Assembly: GCA_041690295.1 (NCBI GenBank)
Contig: JAWLHR010000002.1
Location: 32,001 to 96,000, forward strand
Source: Bdellovibrionales bacterium
GTDB lineage: Bacteria > Bdellovibrionota > Bdellovibrionia > Bdellovibrionales > UBA1609
DNA: 64,000 nucleotides
Direction: 5' to 3'
Shown here in pieces: positions 29,201 through 36,372 of the stretch. The translations under genes and the position numbers were made by a program. Below the pieces are notes generated by a model that had not been told where the DNA came from, searched no databases, and saw only the letters and a list, made by a program, of their open reading frames with translations. How positions within the stretch are numbered: the stretch's first letter is position 1; each line of letters opens with the position of its first letter.

Positions 29201-29950
29201 GATGCCCTCGACTTTGCGACCCATGACGTGAAGCACGTTCATGAAGCGCGCATTTTCCTGGTGGTAAGGGATCTTTTTAAAGTTGGGATCATGATCAAAA
29301 GCGAGGAAGTTCACCCGGAACTTACCTTGAAGTTCACCGTCGGTCCCTTTCATTTCCGAAACCATATGGGTCGTGAAGCCCAAAAAGTTGCGCTCGAAGT
29401 CCCACTCTATTTCCGAAACCGAAGAACTTACATGCGTGCCAAGCGGATAAAAGTTGTGAACCGACATGTTCATCAGATCCAGCTTCATTTTCGGGCGCGC
29501 GGACCAGTGGCTGCGTTGATCATTCTCGATCCAGGTGTTGGTGTCGCGACCATGTTCATCTTTTTGGCGCTCGTAGTAGAAGTGCTTCGTGATGGGGATT
29601 TTTAAAATTTCAGCCCAGCGGCTGCGATCGTCATAAAACGAAGGGTGAATTCTTCGGGCGATCAGATAGTTCTCGGTGATTTCAAATTCGACGTTGCAAT
29701 GGAGGGCCGCGTTCACCAGAGCCGTCATCGCCATTTCGCCGTAAAGACCCTGACCGATTTCCGGAGCCCACGCGCATAAAAACGTTTTCGGTTTCCCATC
29801 AGGATTCACGAAAAAGCTTTTATCGACGGCCTCTTCGACCGGGGGTGGTGTTTCGGCGGCTCGCTCTTTAAACAATTTGGTGCAAGCCAGCGGGCTGGCG
29901 AACAAAAGAACAAATATGGCGGGACCGATGGGGCCTAATTTTATGCGCAT
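26282..29950 (-). CDS. Lipoprotein zinc-dependent metalloprotease (metzincin-like)
   Basis: Start ATG 29950 with GAGGG; lipobox PLAC; HEIGHFLGLGHQF zinc motif, downstream TSVMGY Met-turn; DLRYPSFNW and CNRWDRG resemble DUF4953-type proteases. Confidence 0.85.
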   Translation of the reverse strand: MRIKLGPIGPAIFVLLFASPLACTKLFKERAAETPPPVEEAVDKSFFVNPDGKPKTFLCAWAPEIGQGLYGEMAMTALVNAALHCNVEFEITENYLIARRIHPSFYDDRSRWAEILKIPITKHFYYERQKDEHGRDTNTWIENDQRSHWSARPKMKLDLMNMSVHNFYPLGTHVSSSVSEIEWDFERNFLGFTTHMVSEMKGTDGELQGKFRVNFLAFDHDPNFKKIPYHQENARFMNVLHVMGRKVEGIEPELYAARWDLTKTHTIYLNGVPTEHEATVKAAFEKWNETLRKIGAIPKDHVAFQPVVKNLKHPFDLRYPSFNWISDRRLSIYSPLGIGMAHADVRNGKILWGSVNIYGGMIEDYINRYTPLESGLSGFAKTAERADDAISPIGVIAGFLPKTFSVADNFTKIDFSTRPALMNNLMTEYQSFLRSEIQRLSSNPTALARVQVEALNEQLKNIQSQNPALGMILNDLIGQATAETTTVRNYFASRKLIDHFGSSLLRHAAVDGHASEQKPNLAKLMSKIKEPSSSFFIEEGLTVANKSGSWMNSPARKTRPLPELLDSVVMDLSLHEIGHFLGLGHQFKENIVPEEGTVPSRFVKELSEKATAQNEFTNYTSVMGYRSGRVEMMIPAKDLNPGPHDELVLRYIYKGEYATYDREADDFVFARVPVSGKIPTMSQLRLQSGQVKNLPTAYFPACNDYEASLGADPFCNRWDRGSKAEDIVRSYFELVSDNLLSNLYSMVGGGANSFEAEGRLWLSSLDTFTRVRLFYDEMRRRLRSDPQLKPLWNRLRMDKDALMEFEQACFNPERIKKGSVLQEIFAVKGMIDLCRANRVALEEFRFFLNLPDADYTKIDHNKRYVSGGYLEGDADRNWGHIFGSWYQMSNLPFKISALFNLTFPQPFLMLGRGFFPNPYYDHEENRFLYRTLYPRTYTKIISDAVQQNMRFAATGLNDTTNIGRTLLMTGGFMGLSRWGTNDAAKLPREFNDLLNSQTEFQLSIVAVLIKPTKPDANSNVKADHYKKFTATVFDFVTGQSATARDVYILPKGEVFVWANGMFLYPVTKLRFYSGNDAYVIAYKVAYDYEEGDELVDESVKAALTERHNEIASLCVDGFAGNGLSSYFDIGNDGNQDAFEGFYIPPGIAEEVGKEKIGQFYKSVDQAFEKYEKWAQDRIPGKYPVKSMRRVCDEAIRGIGQIAASAALLNGYWLAITPEYLEK

Positions 29951-29972
29951 AGAATTTCCCTCGCGGTTATTC

Positions 29973-29988
29973 TGCAGGGGTAGTGCCA
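29973..29988 (-). promoter_or_regulatory. Sigma54 (-24/-12) promoter for the antisense lipoprotein/protease operon
   Basis: Minus strand TGGCAC-TACCC-CTGCA with exact GG-N10-GC spacing, 22 nt upstream of ATG 29950; AT-rich tract further upstream. Confidence 0.7.
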
Positions 29989-30161
29989 CCGTTCCCTGAA
30001 TTTCTTTTAAACATTTAAAACGACTAGGTTTTTTAAGATAAATAAACGGTCTCCACGCGGAAAAATCGGCGTAACTTGTGGGAATCGCCGTGATTTTCCA
30101 CCTGGACCGTTGACAGGGACCGACAATTTTTGGCTTTCCTAATGATTTAGAGCACTTAGGG

Positions 30162-30190
30162 TGGACAAAATGGGGCGCTGACCCTACCCT
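30162..30190 (+). promoter_or_regulatory. Putative sigma70 promoter for ftsW (possibly leaderless mRNA)
   Basis: TGGACA-N17-TACCCT, 7 nt before ATG 30198; no SD sequence. Confidence 0.5.
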
Positions 30191-30197
30191 TTAAAGA

Positions 30198-31310
30198 ATG
30201 CGGTTGGATCGCGGAATACTGCTGGCGGTGTTCTTTTTAATCGGGCTCGGGCTGGTTCAGGTCTATAGTTCCAGCTACATCTTCGCCACGGAAACCTATG
30301 GCGACGGCCTTTATTTTTTCCGCAAGCAAGTGCTTTTCGCCTTTCTCGCCATCGTGGCTTTGTTCACCAGCTGCTATTTGCCGTGGCGGATTTCGGAAAG
30401 ATTCGGCCTTGTCTGTTGGTTCCTCGCCTTACTTTGCGTGATCGGAACTTTCATTCCCGGCTTGGGCGTCAAAGCCGGCGGAGCGAGCCGCTGGTTGATG
30501 CTTCCCTTCGGTTATCGGTTTGAGCCCGGAGAACTTTTGCGAGTGACGTATCCATTCGCCTTGGCCCCTTTGATGGGCGCGTTTTCGCGCGGGCAAATGG
30601 ATCGTGCCTGGTGGACGCGGTTGGCTTTGGTGTTGTCGCCGATGCTTTTGCTTTATTTGCAGCCCGACTTCGGCAGTTTCGTCATCGTGTTATTGCTCGT
30701 GGGTTGTTTGTTCATCGCTTTTGGACTGCGCTGGCGCTGGATTTTGGCCGGACTCGCCGTGACTCTGCCGGCGTTGGCCATCATGATTCTCACTTCACCG
30801 TATCGGCGCTCGCGGATCGAAGCGTTTTTGAATCCGTGGGCCGACCCTTCGGAAAAAGGATTTCAAGTCATTCAAAGTTTGGTGAGCTTTTACTCGGGCG
30901 GTCTCACCGGCGTGGGCTTGGGGCAGGGCCAGGGAAAACTTTTTTTTCTGCCCGAGGCGCACACGGATTTCACCTTGGCGGTTCTTGGTGAAGAGATGGG
31001 ATTCGTCGGCTTTTTTATTTTGTTGATGGTGTATGGATTTTTGGTGTTCCGCGGGTTTCAAATCGCGCTTCAATTCAAGCGGCATAAAGAGCGCGCGCTC
31101 GTGCTTTCGTTTTCACTGCTTTTGGTGATTTCGGTGTTCATCAATGTGGGAGTGGCGCTGGGACTGTTACCGACCAAAGGGTTGACTCTACCGCTTTTAA
31201 GTTATGGCGGGAGTTCGCTGCTCGCCACCGGTTTGATGTTGGGTTGGATCTTGAATCTGGAGAGAGCGAGTGGGCAGCCGCTGACGTTCCGTGAACGAGA
31301 GATTGATTAG
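30198..31310 (+). CDS. ftsW: SEDS peptidoglycan polymerase FtsW
   Basis: VYSSS, GASRW, LQPDFG, GLGQG, LPEAHTDF, PTKGLTLPLLSYGGSS. Confidence 0.96.
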   Translation: MRLDRGILLAVFFLIGLGLVQVYSSSYIFATETYGDGLYFFRKQVLFAFLAIVALFTSCYLPWRISERFGLVCWFLALLCVIGTFIPGLGVKAGGASRWLMLPFGYRFEPGELLRVTYPFALAPLMGAFSRGQMDRAWWTRLALVLSPMLLLYLQPDFGSFVIVLLLVGCLFIAFGLRWRWILAGLAVTLPALAIMILTSPYRRSRIEAFLNPWADPSEKGFQVIQSLVSFYSGGLTGVGLGQGQGKLFFLPEAHTDFTLAVLGEEMGFVGFFILLMVYGFLVFRGFQIALQFKRHKERALVLSFSLLLVISVFINVGVALGLLPTKGLTLPLLSYGGSSLLATGLMLGWILNLERASGQPLTFREREID

Positions 31311-32417
31311 ATGAATGTGAGAATTCTCATCGCCGCCGGTGGGACAGGCGGGCATATTTATCCCGCGTTAGCCGTGGCCGATGCGATTAAAAAAATCCGG
31401 CCGGACGCGGTGGTCGAGTTCGTCGGCACCGCCCATGGTTTGGAAAACAAGCTCGTGCCCGCCGCGGGTTACAAAGTTCATCATCTTCCGGTGGGAAGGT
31501 TGAATGCGAACGTCGGCTTGGGCGAGCGGATTCGAACTTTGTTTCAACTTCCATTCGCGTTCATTCGCAGTTGGCGCCTTTTGCGCCGGTTTTCTCCCGG
31601 TCTGGTTCTCGGTGTGGGGGGACACGCCTCGGGGCCGTTGTTGTTGGTCGCTTCCCTGCTCAAATATCGAACCGCGATTTGGGAGCCGAACGCGATGCCG
31701 GGATTGGCCAACCGGTGGCTTTCCCGCTTCGTCGATGAAGCGTGGGTTGTTTTTCGCGAAGCTGAGAAATACCTGCGCACGCGCCAAACTCATTCGGCCG
31801 GAATGCCGGTGCGCTCGGTGATCGAACATGCTGGTCGCGCGGTTCAAAACTCAAATCAGCGCTTTCGTGTTCTCGTGTTCGGCGGAAGCCAAGGCGCGCG
31901 AGGAGTGAACACCGCGGTGGCGGAGATGATCAAAAGCGGTGGTGATTGGCTGAATGATTACCACTTCGTTCATCAAACGGGTGCCGCCGATTTCGCCAGG
32001 GTCACGCAGCTTTATGGATCGGATCGTGAGCGATGGCCGGTGGAAATCCACGAATATCTCTATGACATGGCGGAGCAGTACGCCAAAGCCGACTTGGTGA
32101 TCTGTCGCTCGGGCACAGGAACTCTCTCTGAACTCGCGGCTTGTGGCAAACCGTCGATTTTAATTCCTTTTCCCTTTGCCTCCGACGATCACCAGCGTAA
32201 AAATGCCGAAACCTTCGCGCAGAAAGGCGCCGCCGTGGTGATTCTGCAGAAGGATCTGACGCCCGAGCGGCTGCGGGAAACCATAAGTGGGTTGCGATCC
32301 GATGCGAGCCGCTTGGCGATGATGGCCGAACGGGCCCGCGAATTTCATCAACCGGCGGCGGCGGAGAATTTGGCGCGGCAATTCTTGGAAAGGGTGAGTG
32401 CGCATGCGGTTAGCTAA
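31311..32417 (+). CDS. murG: Undecaprenyl-PP-MurNAc-pentapeptide GlcNAc transferase
   Basis: GGTGGHIYPA, EPNAMPGLANR, FGGSQGA, DHQRKNA. Confidence 0.97.
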   Translation: MNVRILIAAGGTGGHIYPALAVADAIKKIRPDAVVEFVGTAHGLENKLVPAAGYKVHHLPVGRLNANVGLGERIRTLFQLPFAFIRSWRLLRRFSPGLVLGVGGHASGPLLLVASLLKYRTAIWEPNAMPGLANRWLSRFVDEAWVVFREAEKYLRTRQTHSAGMPVRSVIEHAGRAVQNSNQRFRVLVFGGSQGARGVNTAVAEMIKSGGDWLNDYHFVHQTGAADFARVTQLYGSDRERWPVEIHEYLYDMAEQYAKADLVICRSGTGTLSELAACGKPSILIPFPFASDDHQRKNAETFAQKGAAVVILQKDLTPERLRETISGLRSDASRLAMMAERAREFHQPAAAENLARQFLERVSAHAVS

Positions 32418-33759
32418 AGCCAAAATTCATTTCATCGGGATCGGCGGGATCGGCATGTGCGGTTTGGCGGAACTTCTGCGCAACCTGGGGGCCCGAGTGA
32501 CTGGGAGTGATGCGGGTGAGAACGCGCAAACCGTAAGGCTCAGGCAGTTGGGCATTCCGGTCGCCCATGGACATAAGCCGGAAAACATCGGCGATTGCGA
32601 TGTGGTGGTTTATTCCAGCGCGGTCAAAGAAAGCAATGTGGAATACATGGCCGCGAAAGCCGCCGGGATCCCGCTGATTCGTCGGGCCGAAGCGTTGGCG
32701 CAAATCATGAGCTTGAAACGCGGGATTGCCATCGCCGGCACCCATGGCAAAACCACCACCACAAGTCTGACGGCCTCGGTGTTTTTGGCCGCCCAAATGG
32801 ATCCCACCATCATCGTCGGCGGGCGCTTGGATGTGATCAAGTCCACGGCGCAACTTGGGCAAGGGGAGTGGTTGATCGCGGAAGCGGATGAGAGCGACGG
32901 CAGCTTCACTCATCTCAGTCCGGAAATCGTGATCATCACCAACATCGATAATGATCATCTCGATCACTACAAGACATTCCCAAATTTGCAGAACGCCTTT
33001 TTTGACTTCGCTTCACGCATTCCTTTTTACGGAACTCTGATTGTCTGCGGTGACGACCCGAAGACCAGGGAGCTTTTCTCGAAGTTCGGGAAGAAATGGA
33101 TTTCTTACGGCACGCAGCCGGGGAATGATTACCTTCTTGAACGCCAGAACGGACAATGGCGGGTCACACGCCATGGAAAACATGTGGTGGATCTCGCGCC
33201 GTCCATGCCGGGAACGCATAACGCGCTCAACGCGTTGGCCGCGTGTTTAGCGGCGCAAGAGGCGGGAATTCCGATGGTGACGGCCGCGGCGGCGATTTCC
33301 AACTTCCAAGGCGTGGACCGGCGTTTTCAGCACAAAGCCACGGTCCGCGGTATCGATTTCTTCGATGATTACGGACATCATCCAACCGAAATTCGAGCCG
33401 TATTGGCGGGATTCAAAGAGAAATTTCCCCATCGGCGTCTGGTGACGGTGTTTCAGCCGCACCGTTATTCACGCACCAAGCTTTGCTGGGATGAATTCTT
33501 GAGTTGTTTCAAAGATACGGATGTCCTTTTCCTGTTGGATCTTTATCCGGCCGGTGAAGAGCCGATCGAGGGAATCAATAGCGAAACATTGAGCGCGCAA
33601 ATCGACCATCCGGATTGCCGGCTTCTGAAACGCAACGAGGACCCGCGCTTGGAGGCGGTGAAACGGGAACTTAAATCCGGTGATCTGTTATTGACCTTGG
33701 GGGCGGGTGATATCTCCCGCTTGGGTGAACAATTCATTGAATCTTTCGTGAAGAGTTGA
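32404..33759 (+). CDS. murC: UDP-MurNAc-L-alanine ligase
   Basis: HFIGIGGIGM, AGTHGKTTTT, EADESDGSF, DDYGHHPTE, FQPHRYSRT. Confidence 0.97.
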   Translation: MRLAKAKIHFIGIGGIGMCGLAELLRNLGARVTGSDAGENAQTVRLRQLGIPVAHGHKPENIGDCDVVVYSSAVKESNVEYMAAKAAGIPLIRRAEALAQIMSLKRGIAIAGTHGKTTTTSLTASVFLAAQMDPTIIVGGRLDVIKSTAQLGQGEWLIAEADESDGSFTHLSPEIVIITNIDNDHLDHYKTFPNLQNAFFDFASRIPFYGTLIVCGDDPKTRELFSKFGKKWISYGTQPGNDYLLERQNGQWRVTRHGKHVVDLAPSMPGTHNALNALAACLAAQEAGIPMVTAAAAISNFQGVDRRFQHKATVRGIDFFDDYGHHPTEIRAVLAGFKEKFPHRRLVTVFQPHRYSRTKLCWDEFLSCFKDTDVLFLLDLYPAGEEPIEGINSETLSAQIDHPDCRLLKRNEDPRLEAVKRELKSGDLLLTLGAGDISRLGEQFIESFVKS

Positions 33760-33760
33760 A

Positions 33761-34648
33761 GTGGATTTTCTCGAGCAAGTTTCATTAAAGGAATACTCAT
33801 GGTGGAAAATCGGCGGTCCGGCGGATCTTTTCTGCCTGCCCCAATCCATCGAAGAGGTTCAGCAAGCGGTTCGCTACGCTCACGAGAAAAATCTGCCGAT
33901 CACGGTTCTGGGCGGCGGGACGAACGTTTTGATCAGCGATAAGGGTATCGCGGGATTGGTGATTTGTTTAAGGAAGCTGGTCGGCGTGAATGTTTCCGAA
34001 GACGCCGAATCAGTTCGAGTCGACGCGCTCGCGGGAAGCCCGAAATCCGAACTCACGAAAATTTTTCTGAGAAAGAAAATGGCTCCAGCTTTGTTCTTGT
34101 GCGGTTTGCCCGGTGATGTGGGTGGCGGCGTGGTGATGAACGCCGGCGTGGGTGAAAATATAAAACCCAGGGAATTTGTTGAAATTGTGGAGTGGGTGGA
34201 GTGCGTGAAGATTCCCGACGGCACGGTTCAACGGTTTCAGAAAGATGAGCTGCAGTGGCATTATCGGCATTCGAAAGGCTGGGAGCCTGGCATTATTGTA
34301 CGTGCGGGCCTGGCGTGGCCGAATGAGCCTGATGACACGATTCCTCGAAAAGTGACCGAAGCGACGAAGAACCGCCGGGGAAGACAGCCTTTGGAATGGC
34401 CGAGTTGCGGAAGCACGTTCAAGAATCCGGAAGGGCATAAAGCTGGCGCGCTAATTGAAAAGGCCGGATTGAAAGGATATCGCGTGGGAGGCGCTGAGAT
34501 TTCGACCAAGCATGCGAACTTCATCATCAATCTTGGACATGCGACAGCGGCGGACGTTGATCGCATCATTCATCATGTACAAGAGGAAGTGAGCAAGCGC
34601 TTCGGCGTGAACCTCGAAACCGAAGTGCGATATTTAGGCCGATGGTGA
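33761..34648 (+). CDS. murB: UDP-N-acetylenolpyruvoylglucosamine reductase
   Basis: KIGGPA, LGGGTNVL, PGDVGG..MNAG, PSCGSTFKNP, KHANFIIN. Confidence 0.96.
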   Translation: MDFLEQVSLKEYSWWKIGGPADLFCLPQSIEEVQQAVRYAHEKNLPITVLGGGTNVLISDKGIAGLVICLRKLVGVNVSEDAESVRVDALAGSPKSELTKIFLRKKMAPALFLCGLPGDVGGGVVMNAGVGENIKPREFVEIVEWVECVKIPDGTVQRFQKDELQWHYRHSKGWEPGIIVRAGLAWPNEPDDTIPRKVTEATKNRRGRQPLEWPSCGSTFKNPEGHKAGALIEKAGLKGYRVGGAEISTKHANFIINLGHATAADVDRIIHHVQEEVSKRFGVNLETEVRYLGRW

Positions 34649-36369
34649 CCGCTTTTTTTCTGCTGGCGCTCTTATTTTCGGGATCGGCTTGGGCGGATCA
34701 GCGGATATGCGGCAACGTTATTCTCAAAGAAGGCTCGCTTTCACTGAGCGCCAATGAAAAAATACTGATTTGCGGAAGTCCAAAGGGCGGTGAAGCGTGG
34801 AAAAGCGTTCCCTTCACCCAAGCCGAATACCATTTGCGGGTCTTTCTGCAGAACGAAGGCTATCCGCATCCGAGATTCGAAAGACACGGCGATGAGCTTT
34901 GGGTTTGGCCAGGGCCACGGCTTCGCATTCGTTCATTCCATATCAACTCGGATGTGGAAGTGATTTCGACTCAAACTCGTCGGCACGTGATCGGGCACCC
35001 GATGAGTTCCAACAAACTGAATGAGATTCAGCAATGGGTTGAAACCAGCTTGCAATCCGCCGGTTATCCTTGCGCCAAGGTCGAAGTTCGCGCTCAGGCT
35101 TGGAATCAGCACGTGGTGGTGAATGTCAAGGCGGGCCCCCGGGCTCGCATACGAAGAATCGATTGGGACGGGCGGGATGGCTTGGATCCTCGGATTTTAC
35201 AACGGTATCAGGCGTTTCGTACCGGTGAAGTTTACGATTATCGCAAAAGCCAGTTGACCATGAATCGTCTATTCAACGATGGATTGTTCGAAACGGCGCA
35301 CGTGACACCCGTTTGTGAAGGCGATCATGTGAATTTGCGCCTACGGACATCGGTCGGTAAGCCGCGATTGGTGACGTTCGGGATCGGCGCCTCGACCGAG
35401 GAATTTCCCTTCTTGGATGTGGGCTATCGCAACGCCCGTTTGGACGCGATGGCGTCCTCGATCCATATCGGCGCGCATGTTTCGCCGCGGATTCAGAATT
35501 TGGCCGTGGGCTCGGAGCTTTATTCGTTCAAGAACTGGCCGACCCTTTTCTGGGGCCCTCGATTCAGTGCCGGCCGCGAATCGGAGCGGGAATTTGAAGT
35601 CACGCAAGCCAGAACCGGAGTCGATCTCGGGCGATATTGGGACGCTTGGGATTCACGGTTTCATCTGCGTGGCGGTCCCACATTGAACTTCGTCAATACG
35701 GTTAAAGGTATTGGTCCGGAAGAAGCTTCGTTCGTGAGTTGGGAAGCCGCGCTCTCGGCCATGAGTCATGTTTATGAGTTTAATCTGAGGGAACAATATG
35801 AAGGCTGGACCGGCCGCTTGGAATATCGCGGACAAAGGGATCGTTTAGGTTCCAAACTCAACGTTGATCGCTTCGATGTGAAGTTAAAGCATCTTTGGAA
35901 TATGGGTGGATTCGCGCCGCCGCTTTTCGTGCTCGCCAGCCGCGCTCATGCGATCGGAGTGAACGCCAATCCCGTCGATCTCCGCTCGGATCAGGAATTA
36001 TTGCCTCTGGATTATCGTATATTTTGGGGTGGTGATCAAAATTTACGCGGATTTTCGAGGCAACGCTTGAACAATGGTGAAATCGGTTTTTTAACCGGTG
36101 CTTATGCGGGTTTCGAACTCCGCCTTGTTGAGGAATTTCCCTTTCACCTTCAACCGTTCGCGCTCTTTGACGTCGCCCAATTGGGCGCTCGCCGGTTCAC
36201 GTTGGATCCACCGGTTTATCTCTCGTGGGGTGGCGGGGTTCGCTGGGCTTCGCCCATTGGCACGATTCGATTCTCCGCCGCGAAAGGCGAAATTGAAAAC
36301 ATTGATGAGACAACCTTGGCGTATCCAAAGGAATGGGTGTATTTTTTTAGTTTCGGACAGGAGTTTTGA
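34642..36369 (+). CDS. Omp85 family outer-membrane protein (TamA-like)
   Basis: Signal peptide, POTRA-like segments, GGDQNLRGF (VRGF-like lid motif), GVRWASPIG, C-terminal FSFGQEF. Confidence 0.85.
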   Translation: MVTAFFLLALLFSGSAWADQRICGNVILKEGSLSLSANEKILICGSPKGGEAWKSVPFTQAEYHLRVFLQNEGYPHPRFERHGDELWVWPGPRLRIRSFHINSDVEVISTQTRRHVIGHPMSSNKLNEIQQWVETSLQSAGYPCAKVEVRAQAWNQHVVVNVKAGPRARIRRIDWDGRDGLDPRILQRYQAFRTGEVYDYRKSQLTMNRLFNDGLFETAHVTPVCEGDHVNLRLRTSVGKPRLVTFGIGASTEEFPFLDVGYRNARLDAMASSIHIGAHVSPRIQNLAVGSELYSFKNWPTLFWGPRFSAGRESEREFEVTQARTGVDLGRYWDAWDSRFHLRGGPTLNFVNTVKGIGPEEASFVSWEAALSAMSHVYEFNLREQYEGWTGRLEYRGQRDRLGSKLNVDRFDVKLKHLWNMGGFAPPLFVLASRAHAIGVNANPVDLRSDQELLPLDYRIFWGGDQNLRGFSRQRLNNGEIGFLTGAYAGFELRLVEEFPFHLQPFALFDVAQLGARRFTLDPPVYLSWGGGVRWASPIGTIRFSAAKGEIENIDETTLAYPKEWVYFFSFGQEF

Positions 36370-36372
36370 CCA

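Noticed and set aside
17830..29988. Prophage or integrative element inside dcw
   Set aside because: No integrase, phage genes or visible att repeats; base composition looks similar to the flanks by eye.
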